Positions 41,012 to 53,914 of a stretch of DNA of 64,000 bases are shown here, piece after piece; positions within the stretch are counted from its first letter, which is position 1, and each line of letters opens with the position of its first letter. The notes below the pieces were generated by a model. It saw only the letters and a program-made list of their open reading frames with translations, made no database searches and was not told the DNA's origin. A program made the translations under genes and the position numbers. Source of the DNA: Octopus vulgaris (Eukaryota); contig OX597832.1 in the NCBI GenBank assembly GCA_951406725.2, positions 65,038,001 through 65,102,000 of the forward strand. Direction: 5' to 3'.

Positions 41012-41012
<1 letters not shown>
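40770..41012. mobile_element. Inverted cassette of the 2225/39722 HHR family, ribozyme cut at the inversion junction
   Basis: taagtaaataaatgga pairs with tccatttatttactta. The motif gatga-gaaga...tcttc-GAAA-C-atat-GTT-gaaagt lacks CT and the 5' strand of stem I. Confidence 0.75.
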
Positions 41013-41061
<49 letters not shown>

Positions 41062-42043
41062 ATATATTCATATACATAAATATAGATACATAGACATGCA
41101 TATATTTGTTTGTACGTTTGGTTTAGTCACAAGCAAGCGTGTCTTAAGCAAGAGTTACCTAAATTGCCAGAAGATCTTGCCAAGCTACCCTGAAAATGTA
41201 CCGTACTCTATTAACATAGGGAGAATGTTATTATTGAGGCCCTGAATAACAAAAATTGGGTTGTAACAAATAATGTTATACCACTGAGTATATTTATTCT
41301 ATCTCAACAGATTTGGGAATTTATTCAGACGAAGAACTGCAACAATATCAGGAAAAATACGGAAAGCAGTTGTATTTCAGAAGGGTTAGCTTTCGAATGC
41401 TTAAATATATTCACATGATACTTTCCACGTTGCTCGTCCTGAAGTCGAAGAAGACAAAATGAAATCTCGCAACGACAGAATCACGATAACAATCAATGTG
41501 GGGGAGCAAGAACTGTAATCTATCATCTGATCGATATCATTAATATATCTAAATATCAATATTTCAACAACCGAACCAGGCAACCTGAAACTCTTCTATA
41601 TTGTCTTCGAGATTGTCTGATGAAAAATAGGAAGATTTACAATGATAATAATAATGATTATGATTATAATAATAAGAATAATACAGATGATGATGATGAT
41701 GATGATGATAATAATAATGAGTATATTAATAAAGGTTTCACAAAAATATATCAAGAACAATGTTTCGACATGTTAACCCTGTAGCAAGAGATTATACGCG
41801 ACCAAAGATAATTATATTATTCGCTAGCGAGTTATAGACTGAGAAATAAAGAGAGAAAAAGACGGAGAGACTGAGAGAGTAGGAAGAGGGGGACTTACAC
41901 ATAATGAGGAAAGAAAGAGCGAGGAAGATAGGTAGAGAAGAAAGTAAAGGGAAAATAAAACGAAGAATAAAAAACTAGAAGTGAAATAGAGAGTGTGAGA
42001 AAGAGGGCAAAAGAGAGAGAGAGAGAGGAGGGATAAAGAGACG

Positions 42044-42076
<33 letters not shown>

Positions 42077-42183
42077 TGTATGTATATATTTATATGTATG
42101 CATATAAATGTATATATACATGTATATATGTATATATACATGTATATATGTATATATATATGTATATATACATATATATATGT

Positions 42184-42237
<54 letters not shown>

Positions 42238-42413
42238 GTATATGTACGTGTATATATATATACATATATATATATATATGTATATATATGTATATGTACG
42301 TGTATATATACATGTATATATATGTATGTATATATATATATATTTATATATATATATATACATATATATATATGTATATATATACGTATATATATATATA
42401 CATATACATATAT

Positions 42414-42456
<43 letters not shown>

Positions 42457-42460
42457 TACA

Positions 42461-42491
<31 letters not shown>

Positions 42492-42546
42492 TTATATACA
42501 TATGTATATATATGTACACAGACACACACAAGTATATATATATATA
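42044..42546. repeat. Compound (TA)n/(TATG)n microsatellite, about 500 bp
   Basis: Direct reading; one of dozens of TA tracts in the window. Confidence 0.95.
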
Positions 42547-42930
42547 CTAGCAGTATCGCCCGGCGTTGCTCAGGTTTGTAAGGGAAATAACTATAAAGCA
42601 TTTTTAGAGAGTTACAGCCAAAAAATAGCAAAAAAATGGGAAAAAAATGATGGTAAATTTTTTTTTTAATTAAAAAAGGTGGAGTTGCGTCCCCTAGACA
42701 GTTTGTGGTTTGCGTTTCTGATTCTCGACCCCATGTCGAATTTATCGATTTTGTTCAGAACTGGGGGAACTTTTCAAAATTTTCGCTGCGTTAGTTTTGA
42801 ATTATGACATTGGGCTATGTGCATGTCAAGTTTCATCAGAATCGGTTGAAAGCCGTGGTCAGGGTGAGGGTACAAGCAAACAGACACACAGAAACACGCA
42901 CAGACAAACTGCCGTTTATATATAGAGAGA
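42547..42930 (-). mobile_element. Non-autonomous Helitron sharing its 3' end with 27756-28113
   Basis: The actagcagtatcgcccggcgttgctc terminus is identical. Minus strand reads A|TC...CTAG|T. Confidence 0.85.
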
Positions 42931-43202
42931 TATGTGTGTGTGTGTGTGTGTGTGTATAAGTAGATAGATAAACAGAGACAGACAGACAAAGAGAGAGTGA
43001 GTGAGTGAGTGAAGGAAGAGTCAGTAGAGATATAACTAAAGGGAGATAAAGAAAGGTTAAAAGAGCCACACGGGCAAACAGAAAGACAATAAAATATTGA
43101 ACAAGAGAAAGAGAAGATTGACAGACAGAGAGAGTGCGTAATGTAATTTGCTAATTGTGTAGTCATCTAAATATCGTATCAATGTTGGATATCTAATCTG
43201 CA

Positions 43203-43262
<60 letters not shown>

Positions 43263-44024
43263 GCTGATGATGATGATGATGATCGTGATGGTATATCCAT
43301 AGCTGTTGCTGATCAGAGATATCGCGGTGGTGACATATACCAGTTGTTACATTATAAAACGTTATATGATATCAAATACTACATGCAGGAAACGGTAAAG
43401 TTGAAAACACGAGACATACGACTACAATAACTCTCCGCTCACCGCCATTCCCGCTTTCGCAGCAAATACAATTAGAACGAGAAAATATATACCAGCAGAA
43501 GAAGCAGCCGTAGCAGAAGCAGCGATCGTAATGATATGTAAATTAAGAAAGAAAAACTAAAAAAAAAAAGCAAATTAATAACCACACAGAGTAACTACAT
43601 TAATAAAGCGATGTATATAGTATTGATGAAGCATAGTGGCACATGTTCGGTTGTATAGCACAGGAGTTACGCACACACACACGCACGAACGCACAATTTT
43701 CAACGGTGTTGGAGAACATAAAGGTTAAATTTGTAGATAAAAAAGTTATCTGTCATGAAGGACTGTAAACCATATCCACAATGGAAAATAGTTGCCTGTA
43801 TCATGATTATTCGCGCCAAAGGCGGATATCATGGCTATAGTCACCAGCAGTTTATGTGTCTGAATTGAATTTAAGGCCATGGCCTTCAATTGTCTGAAGG
43901 ATTCCGCGGTGCGGAATGCCGCCGTGTCCATTCTTGTTGGCCACGGCTTCCTCGTCTCCGTTGCAGCTGTTCATGACAAGTCTTATAAGCTCGACAGTGT
44001 TCACAGTGCATTCAGCAGCAGTCA

Positions 44025-44113
<89 letters not shown>

Positions 44114-44282
44114 GTCTGTCGATTTGTCAGTCTATTCATCAGTCTATTTATCAATCTATCTATCAGTCTATCTATGTATCTATCTGTCTGTCTATCTGTC
44201 TGTCTGTCTCTCTATCTGTCAATCTCTCTATCTATCTGTGTATCTATTTGTCTATCTATCTATCTGTCTATATATCTGTCTG

Positions 44283-44357
<75 letters not shown>

Positions 44358-45332
44358 GTATGTATATATATAGTGTTTCAAAAATTTGATATAATTTCGC
44401 TATCTAATAACTTTGCCAGTTCTAATATTAACAGCATGTGTAGAAACAGTCAAAATTTTATGTTTACTGTTTGATATGTTTATCTTTTCAGGTGCAGAAA
44501 TGGCGTTCACTGGATGAGAAAATGCGTTTTGTGTGCTTCCAGTGTTGACTACAACATTTGAACTCAGAATATAAAGACAAGGATGTATCCAGCGAGCACG
44601 ATATATTCTTTTTATGATTATTTGACCCAAAACGCCTTTGCCAAACACCGGCTGTAATAATAAAAATAAACCTTTGCTAGTAGTGTTGTGCATTCGAATT
44701 GATCCCCAAATTGCATATTTGCAAACTGCACTTCTTAACCTTCCTTACACGACCACCATGTTTTTAGCCAAGTTCGTAACCACAGAGCCGTGCCTGAAAT
44801 TATAATGAAGTCCAGTAGACAATAACATTCCCATTAATACAATTAAAATGATGACAAACAATGAAATAACAAGACCTAAATCATTGTTTTCTATCTTCAA
44901 AAGAATAGATTTTTTTAAATGTTAGAAAATACTAAAATTGCTAATTCACCAAAGAATCATCTCATATTTCAAAGACAAATACAGTGATAATGATGTCATT
45001 ATTAGTCCCCGAGAAACCATTACAGCACATGATGTTATGTGAGTAGAATATTCATTGTATACAGATGGACTACATTCAAGCACCAAAGTCATCTTTCAGA
45101 AAAAAATAAAAAGGAAAGAAAATCGATTATGCAGCTGTTTTTAATTTTTTTTTTCCCCAGTTCAGCCTTGATCGAACAGATCTAAAAATCTATCATATTC
45201 CGAACGTGACCATCTCGTTTATTTTCCCCAGCACAGTATATCCAGAATAGCATGATATAAAGTTTAGGGGTAGAATGTCATTTCTGGAATGATAGGTTGT
45301 TTTGTTTGTAATTATAATAGAACTTTACGCAG

Positions 45333-45510
45333 GGAGCTGGAAACATCGTTAGCAAACTGGACGAAATGTTTAGCGACATTTCGTCCGTCTTTGTTTTGAG
45401 TTCTAATTTCGGAGTCGATAAAATAAGTACCACTTGAGTACCAGGGCCGATGTTATCGACTTACCCTCTCAAGACTTGCTGGGTTTGTGCCAAAATTTGA
45501 AACCAATTCT
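45333..45510 (+). mobile_element. Deu/Nin-domain-like SINE (family D), internally deleted
   Basis: gagctgg...atcgttagc...gacgaaatg.ttagcg.catttcgtc hairpin, gtcgataaaataagtacc and tail gtgccaaaatttgaaacca. Confidence 0.75.
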
Positions 45511-46179
45511 CAGAGGTCATTACATTGCGCAGACGATCCATTAATTATAACAATATTATTTTTGTTGCTGTTGTTGTTATTGGTGGGGGTGATAGTGTCA
45601 ATGGTAGTTGTGCTAAAAATGGTTATAACAGAACGAGTGTGACCTAAAGTTGCTTGTAGTGGTAGCAACAGAGGAAAAATTACTACACTTTTCATAAAAT
45701 ATTATTCATATATCAAATCTAATTGGATTTAACCCATAATTTTAAATTCTCTTTTAGTAAAAATGTTTAGCTACTTACCCCGTGGTATGAGTTCTAACCA
45801 TTGTCGTCTTAACGCGTTTCTAAGAAAATACTCTTTATTTTTAAACTCATAAAGTTTTATACAAAAATCATTTAATGATTTCAAAACATTTACTGTAAAT
45901 ATAAACGTGCTGAATTTTCCCGAGGAAGCATACGAAATGTTAAATTTATTAGGATTTGTTTGAAAATTGTTTTATTTATTTAAATATTGAGAAAATGTAG
46001 ATTGCTGTTTTGAAGAGAAAATGGGTCACCCTGGTTGAAGAGATAGGAACTGTAGGCCCCTGGGGCTTTTAGATTAGTTCATTTGGTATTCCGAGTTCGT
46101 ATTTCCATATTCATTCTTGTCATATAAAGTCTCATCTTTGCTTCATACTCATTATTTCATTGAAGAGGGTATGTTTAAT

Positions 46180-46724
46180 CTCCTCCTCCCCTTCTCCCTC
46201 TCTCCTCCTCCATCTTTCTCCTCCTTCCTCCTCCCTCCTCCACCGCCACCACCACCACCTGCGCCATCTCTTCATTCTCCGACTTCACATCAATCTTCTT
46301 CCCATCGTTACCTTCTCCGTCGCCATCAGCATAATTTTTAATTCCTTATCTTCTACATTATCAACAATCCTCCTCCTGCTCCTCATCAATTCCCCTCTTT
46401 CTTTCTTTTTACTTTCCTCGTGATGATGAAGCTGATGATGATCATCACCTTCATCGTCATCATTATCTTAATCCTACCCTTCCTCCTCCCCCTCCTCCTC
46501 CTCATCATCCTCCTCATCATCATCATCAACGTCATCAATAGTTCCTACGTCCCCTCCTCCTCTTCTTTTTTCTCATTATCATCTCAAATTCCTCGTCTTC
46601 ATTATCATCAATTCTCCGTCCTTTTTCTTCATATTCCTCCTCTTCATGAACATCACATCCACCACCGTCGTCGTCGTCACCCTCACCACCACCATCACGA
46701 CCATCCCCACCACCACCACCACCA

Positions 46725-46765
<41 letters not shown>

Positions 46766-46790
46766 TCATCATCATCATCATTATCATCAC
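46180..46790. repeat. Compound trinucleotide low-complexity tract (TCC/TCA/CAC/CGT)
   Basis: Direct reading; this is the source of the poly-P/H/V/I ORFs. Confidence 0.9.
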
Positions 46791-47559
46791 TAATGCTAGT
46801 AATAAATTAAGTCGATCAAAGCTTTAATAGAATTGTAAAACAAGTCCATTTTCGGATGGCAAATAAATCTCAACTAATGATATTCTACTCACAGAATAAA
46901 CCACGCAATAAAAATATCTGTCACTGTCAAATTAAACGAAAGGCAATTTTCATTTGTAAGTCATTTTTTTTTCTTCTTTTCTGATATGTTATCTTATCGA
47001 TAATCTTCTACATAGCAGTTGCTTATTTTTTCTTGCCATTATTACATTAACCTTGTATATTAACCATCTTACAACCATATTATATTAACAAGCTTTAAAT
47101 ATAGCATAAAAAAAAACACCACTCGCTAAAGAAGTAAAATCCAGAAGAGCGAAACTACGAAGACGGGAACTCCTGACTTACTTCAGAAATAACAACCAAC
47201 TCCTTCTCAAATTACACGCTAGAGACTTGGAAAAAAAAGGGAAAAGGAACCACTTTCTCTTCCTGTCTCTCTCTGTCTCTCTCTGTTTCTCTCCCTCACA
47301 CACACACACACATACACACACATATAGTGTAGTCACAGATATACATTTCATCGGAAAAGTAACATATAGGATGTTCTTGGCACGAGAGGATTTGATTATA
47401 AATTTATGCGTCCAGCTGTCCTGAAACTAAAGATCTGTTTCTAAAATAGGCCCAATATCAAGTTTATGGGTGAGGGGTTGTCTCAATAGAATAATTAGGT
47501 CCAATTGGTTAAGTGGTACTTTATTTTATAGACACGAAATGATTTCTGTATTTATTTTC

Positions 47560-48610
47560 CCGTTTTATTATTAACCAGATGAGGCAAAGAGTTTAGCGGC
47601 ATTTCGCCCGTCTTTACGCCCTGAGCACAAATTCCGCCGAGGTCGACTTTGCCTTTCATCCTTTCGAGGTCAATAATGTAAATACCAGTTGAGCAGTGAG
47701 GCCTATGCAATCAATTTGTCCCCTTTCCCAAACTCTCTGTCATTGTGCACCAAATTCGAAACTATTAATTAGAAGACGGTATTTCGTCCTTGTACGTCAT
47801 GAGATTAAATTCTGCAGAAGTCGACTTGTCTTTCATCCATCCGGAGTCTGTAAAATAAGTGCCAGTTAAGCACTGGGGTGCATATAATTGATTTACCCCC
47901 TCCTCTAAATTTCTGGCTTTGCGCCCAACATTTGAGACCAAACATTAGTTACATTATTTACATTTGTCGGATATTTGTCCTCATCTTGTTTGTTGTTAAC
48001 AAAACGTTTCAGTTGGTATACCCTCCAGTCTTCATCAACTTTGGGGGAAGGCTGGCGGGTATATCAGCCGAAACGTTGTGTTAACAATAAACAAGATGAG
48101 GACAAATATCTGTCAAATGTAAATAATGTACATAATTCCTCATCTCTTAAATATAGAACTGTATTTGAAACCATTAGTAACCAGGAGAGGAGACGAGCTG
48201 ACAGAATCGTTAACATACTGGACGAGATGCTTAGCGATAGGTCGTTCAAATACCGCCGAAGTCAATTTGTTCTTCATCCTGTGCGGGACGGTGAAATAAG
48301 CACATGTTAGACGCCGGGGTCAATGTAATCGACGTTCCTGCTCCTTGTAAGATATTAGGACTTGTGTCTTTAACTGAAAGAACTGTTAACGGAGAGAAAG
48401 GATTCGAGCTGGTAGAATCGTCTCCATGTCGGAATAGATGTTTAGCGGTATTTCGTTCATTTTTACGTTCTGATTTCAAATTACGTTGAGGTCAACTTTG
48501 CTTCTAATCCGTTCAAGATCAATGTCACTACCAGTCAAACACGGGTGAATGCAATCGATTTGCTCTACCAACCAAGATTGCTGATCATGGACCAAAATAA
48601 GAAATAATTA
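47560..48610 (+). mobile_element. Head-to-tail cluster of at least four family D SINEs
   Basis: The motif ttagcgg.atttcg...aaatt..gccgaggtcgacttt...tttcatcc...accagtt...aatcga...ccaaa.tt.gaaac recurs. Confidence 0.75.
47950..48130. repeat. Hairpin with about 84-bp arms and a 13-nt loop, made of two head-to-head HHR remnants
   Basis: tacattatttacatttg...aacgtttcagttggtataccctccagtcttc pairs with gaaggctggcgggtatatcagccgaaacgtt...caaatgtaaataatgta. Confidence 0.92.
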
Positions 48611-48897
48611 TGAATCAGGGAAGAGAGAGGATTGCTGAAGACATGTTAAAGTATCTCGAAGTAATCTAGACAGGCGGAGGGAAAGATAACTCCAAACTGG
48701 AAACGTAGCCTAACATAACAAAGTGCATGCTACCATCAAGGTACCCTACGGTAACTATATATGCCACAAAAACAATTAAGTGAAAATATGGTACAACTTA
48801 CCAAGTTGAAGTGACACGGATATTTCTAATGCACCTCAATGCCTCTCGCTGCTTCTCTCTATCTCTCCCCTCTCTACATACACACACTACCTACGTA

Positions 48898-48986
<89 letters not shown>

Positions 48987-49078
48987 TGTGTGGCAACTTG
49001 GGCAAGTGTCTTCTACTATAACCTCGGGCCGACCAAAACCTTGTTAGTGGATTTGGTAGACGGAAACTGTAAGAAGCC

Positions 49079-49120
<42 letters not shown>

Positions 49121-49127
49121 GTGGTGT

Positions 49128-49167
<40 letters not shown>

Positions 49168-49668
49168 TTACGTACACACACATACATCGATATTTATAGA
49201 GAGAGTGAGACAAATCAATGTGTGTGTGTGTATGTGCGCGCGTGTGTCTAAGCATGTGCGCATATACACAGCTTCCCCTACCCCGTCAATAAACAAACGA
49301 GAGATCGATGCTGAAGCTAAGAAATATGTCTTCTGCAACTGTCACCTCGCAAAGTATGAGTAAAAACTTTAGGTAAACCCTGATCTGACGAGTGTCAAAG
49401 AAGGGTGAAGTTTACCCGATATTGTCGAAATAAATGCAACGGATAAACCGTCTTCGCGTTGTGTTAAAGATTGCTTTTACATTAATATGATATGATAGCG
49501 TCGACATATCTTCAATAAATTGTCTTATTGTTTATCATTGCTTGCTAATCTTCACTAAATTTTCGTGGAAACTTCCAAAATTATGACACAATGACAGCTG
49601 ACATACATATGTGAACTACATACTGAATACGAAAACCGATCTCTCTTCTCTCTCTCACTTCTCTATCT

Positions 49669-49750
49669 CTCTCTCACCTCTCTTTCTCTCTCTCACCTCT
49701 CTTTCTCTCTCTCACCTCTCTTTCTCTCTCTCACCTCTCTTTCTCTCTCT
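49669..49750 (+). repeat. 19-bp pyrimidine tandem repeat, 4 copies (ctctctcacctctctttct)
   Basis: Direct reading. Confidence 0.85.
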
Positions 49751-50242
49751 CCGTCTCTCTCTTCCTCTTTCCCTCTCCTTCTCTTTCTCAAACATGCATA
49801 ATCACATACACGAGTATTCATGCATGTGGAACATATATATACACACACTTACATACATATATGAGTGTGCATACGTACTTGCGTACACACCTGACATATA
49901 TATACATATACACACATATATACATGCATACATATATTAGGTCCGCATATATATAATTATACACACATACACACCTTCATGTAGGACGAAACACACATAC
50001 ATATTTGTACGCAAAAACAGTCGAACATATGTTTAAACCTTTCAAATATTGAAAAAATTCAATAATTCTGACACATGTAAGTTAAGTGATGGGTGCAGTT
50101 AGTTACTCACGTCAATTGCTCTCAATCAATTGCAAAAAACAAGGCTACAGGTCGAGAGTTCGTCGATATCCCAGGGGTTTAACTCTCAACAGCTATGGAT
50201 ATTTTAAAAATATTATTTGAACACATTTTTGGAATCTGAATC

Positions 50243-50428
50243 TCTTTACTCCTTTACTCTTTTACTTGTTCCAGTTATTTGATTGTGGCCATGCTGGAGC
50301 TACGCCTTTAGTTGAACGAATCGACCTGAGGACTTATTCTTTGTAAGCCTAGTTCTTATTCTATCGGTAGCTTTTGCCAAACCGCTAAGTTACGGGGACG
50401 TAAACACACGAGCATCGGTTGTCAAGCG

Positions 50429-50459
<31 letters not shown>

Positions 50460-50608
50460 CATATATACGACGGGCTTCTTTCATTTTCCGTCTACCAAAT
50501 CCACCCACAAGGCTTTGGTCGGCCCGAGGCTATAGCAGAAGACACTTGCCCAAGGTGACACGCATTTGGACTGAACCCGGAACCATGTGGTTCGTAAGCA
50601 AGCTACTT
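50243..50608 (-). mobile_element. SINE family A, interrupted; its head continues at 52666-52693
   Basis: Ends ...gtaagcaagctactt and resumes caagctacttaccacacagccactcct. Confidence 0.9.
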
Positions 50609-52665
50609 TATTTGATAAAATTTGTCATCGTAGACAGTACAAAGAGTGCGTAGCTTTGCGGGCTGGACAAACACATTAATGAATGAAAATGAAATAGAAT
50701 GAATAAATGAGAGACGAAACCCAACACCCGCCGATTGAATTTTTCTCGAAAACATATTTTCTTTTTTTAAAAATCAATATGAGGTTTCAAACCTCTTACA
50801 TGAAGGAGGCACTAAAGCCTCTTACTTAACATGTTTCTTTTTTAAACACACAATTGAGGTTATAAACCACTACAAATAATACAATAAGATGAGGTGTCAA
50901 ACCCTATAACGAGGGTCTTTCATCTCCTACTCTTCGATATATCCATCGATATATTCATCATTATCTTCAATGCCGCCTGAGTTCCTGTATCCAGCCATTT
51001 CCCTTGCCTCACTCATGTAGGACATGTAAGGGCCACCCGGCCATATGCGACATTCCTCCCCAAATCCTTTAAGCCTTTCCCACAAGGGAAACCTTATGAC
51101 CTCTACAGCTATCTGCGGAGGCCATTCGGGGTCCCGTGTGAAGGGCATATCTACTGTCTCTTTATGTTCTTCTACTATTTTTTCCACCTTCCCGCCCTTA
51201 TAGAAAAAGATAATTAATTCATCATCTTTAAGGGTGGGGGTCGTTTCTTCCACCGTGGGTGGCAAAACTTCGGGACATGCAGACGGCACTTCATCTCCCC
51301 GCTGAGATGACCAGTTCTTCTTCCTTCATTTTTTCTTTTCTTCTTGACTTCGGGAGAGTGGAGCTCTTCCACTTTGTCCGGAGACTCTCCCCTCCTCCCG
51401 AAGCCTTAGGTTCCTTCGGCGGGCAACTATTGTTGCCCGCCTTCTTCCTTTTTAATCCTTTCTGAGTTGAGGAGGCTGAAGCCTCCTCGACCACGTCCAC
51501 CTCTCCCTTTGATCGGGTAGGGGAGGTGGCATCTAGTGACTGTTCCAGGATCTTACCATGGTCCTGGGGGCAGTCCTTTTTAATGTGGCCTGGCTGCAGG
51601 CACGAGTGACACATGGGGGGACGTCCCTCAAGTATCACCGGATACCTGCAGCCAGCCATTTTCAAGAAATCTGGAAAAACCAGATCTGTTGCTACCGATG
51701 AGGTCCACAGGGTCAAAATCACTTTTGACCCTTCCTAATCGAATGCCGGCAATACCCTTACATTTAAGAGCCTGGGCCCGCCATCCCCCAGTCCCCCTCG
51801 GATGGTATCTTCAATCCAATCCGCTTCGGTGCCTGGGGGTAACCCACATGCCTAGACTCTTATTAATTTCCTCCCGCAATATGACGAGAGGAACAGAATT
51901 TCCTTGTCTTCTAAAGCTGACTCGCAAACTGGCGAGCCTTTTCCCCGTTGTCAAACAGCAACCATACGGTTGCATGTTTGACACCACAGGATATCTATTT
52001 TACAGAGGACAAATAGTCTTTAAGTCCATTTTTTTATAACTTGTTTTGGGAAGACGGTGATGGAATTAAGAACTTTAGAATAAGTTCTAAGCCCCATCGT
52101 CTTCTCCTCCATATCTTTTAACCACTGCTTAGGCGGGTTAATTTCCCATTCTAAAACAGAGTTCTTTTTAAGTTCCTTCTCTGCCATGTCAAAAAACAGT
52201 TCAAAAGTAGTTCAAAAGACAGTCTGCCAAAAAATTAAACCGAATATAAATAAAACAAAATAAAAGAGGTGGAAAGGGAACCGAAATTAAAGTAATGAAA
52301 AGAACGAACCAACATTTAGAAAGAAAGATAAAATAGAAGAAGGGAAAAGTAAAAGAAAAACCTCACAAATAGCACCGACAGGGAATCATTTGTATAATAC
52401 TCCAAAAAAGTAATCCAAATAGCTTATTCTTGAAGTACTCCAATTCTGAAAAATTGTACTTTTTCTGGCGAGATACGCCCACTAGAATTTACAAAAAGAA
52501 TTTTCAAGCAAAAATTCTCAATTCACCGTTACGGTGATGAGAACCAGTAATTGACAATTTTTCTTTTTGTTCTTTTTTCTATTCACGGAGCCCCCCAAAA
52601 ACTCACATCTTATCACTGTAACAGTCCAGACCAGCTAGTGTTGCATTCTGGTAACCGGAAGTAAA
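50609..52665 (-). mobile_element. ORF1-only L1/Tx1-like element (2057 bp) with 10-bp TSD
   Basis: TSD caagctactt at 50599-50608 and 52666-52675. A frameshifted ORF runs from ATG 52187 to 50927 and contains VILEGRPPMCHSCLQPGHIKKDCP (CCHC knuckle). No EN or RT is present. Confidence 0.8.
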
Positions 52666-53113
52666 CAAGCTACTTACCACACAGCCACTCCTACGGATAT
52701 AATAGCTTTTACATTAATATGGTATGATAGCGTTAAAAAACAAAAAAGAATTACCATTAATCGGGTAATTTAGTCGAAATCACTTACATCTAATCTCCTG
52801 TTGATATCCTTAAGCCGGAGACTGGTTAAGCCAACCACATTCTTTAAAACTTACTTTCAGATTCGATCCCTTTCCTCAATCGTCTGAGCAATTGTCATCC
52901 GTGACCGCATGTTTGAACTCTGACTAGTGAGTGGAAATTGGCAGAACGACGTGCTAGAGAAATCAATGGAACGGAATGTAACCATACAGAGAATTGGATG
53001 CTATGTATAGCAGGCGAAAAACCAGATAGATGTGTTTATTTAGTCATACAAAGGACCTCACATATATGCGCATTATGTATATGTGTATACATATACATGT
53101 ATGTGTATGTATG

Positions 53114-53145
<32 letters not shown>

Positions 53146-53555
53146 TGGCTGTGTGGTAAGTAGCTTGCTTACCAACCACATGGTTCTGGGTTCAGTCCCA
53201 CTGCGTGGTACCTTGGGCAAGTGACTTCTACTATAGCTTCGGGCCGACCAAAGTCTTGTGAGTGGATTTGGTAGATGGAAACTGAAAGAAGCCTGTCGTA
53301 TATATGTATATGTATACATGCATATGTGTGTGTGCGCCTCTGTATGTGCTTCTGTGTGTGTTCCCCCCACCCACATCGCTTGACAACCGATGCTGGTGTG
53401 TGTACGTCCCCGTAAGCTAGCGGTTCGGCAAAATATACCGATAGAATAGGCACTAGGCTTACAAAGAATGGGTCCTGTGGTCGATTTGCTCGACTAAAGG
53501 CGGTGCTGCAGCATGGCCGCAGTCAAATGACTGAAACAAGTAAAAGAGTAAATGA
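53146..53555 (+). mobile_element. SINE family A, near full length
   Basis: A box tggctgtgtggt, B box ggttcagtccc, CORE-like segment and 3' module ending gtaaaagagtaaa. Confidence 0.9.
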
Positions 53556-53709
53556 GTATATATACATACATACATAGATACATACATACATACACACACA
53601 CACATACACACACATATATACACATACACATACGTAATATGTATGTGCGATTCTTTGTATGAATGAATGTATACCTCGGTCTGGTTTATATGTATATATC
53701 TAAAATATG

Positions 53710-53914
53710 CCGGAGTAAACACATAAATGTGAAACAAGGTGGAAAATAAGAGTACTCAAATACCAGTGGTAGAGTAATATGCTTTATTTAAAGCAGCAGA
53801 AAATTCAACAAAACCTGTTTCTCTGAGTTTCCCGTTTCCGTTCGTCGTCCGACGAACGGAAACGGGAAACTCTGAGTAACAGGTTTTGTTGAACTTTCTG
53901 CTGCTTAAATAAAG
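53710..53914. mobile_element. 205-bp hairpin insertion with 15-bp TSD and HHR-like motif
   Basis: TSD tatatctaaaatatg at 53695-53709 and 53915-53929. Arms of about 70 bp surround a 2-nt loop at 53848-53849. The motif reads CCGACGA-acggaaacgg-GAAA-CTC-t-GAGTA-ac. Confidence 0.88.

Noticed and set aside
44478-44550. Strong acceptor followed by VQKWRSLDEKMRFVCFQC*
   Set aside because: No recognisable protein or partner exon, and the adjacent minus strand resembles a decayed family D SINE.
46117-46827. Pro/His-rich ORFs resembling a transcription-factor low-complexity region
   Set aside because: This is a compound trinucleotide repeat with stops in all frames and no domain.
49393-49445. CTGACGA...GAAA with an internal hairpin
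   Set aside because: Stem II is out of register and stem III/NUH is absent.
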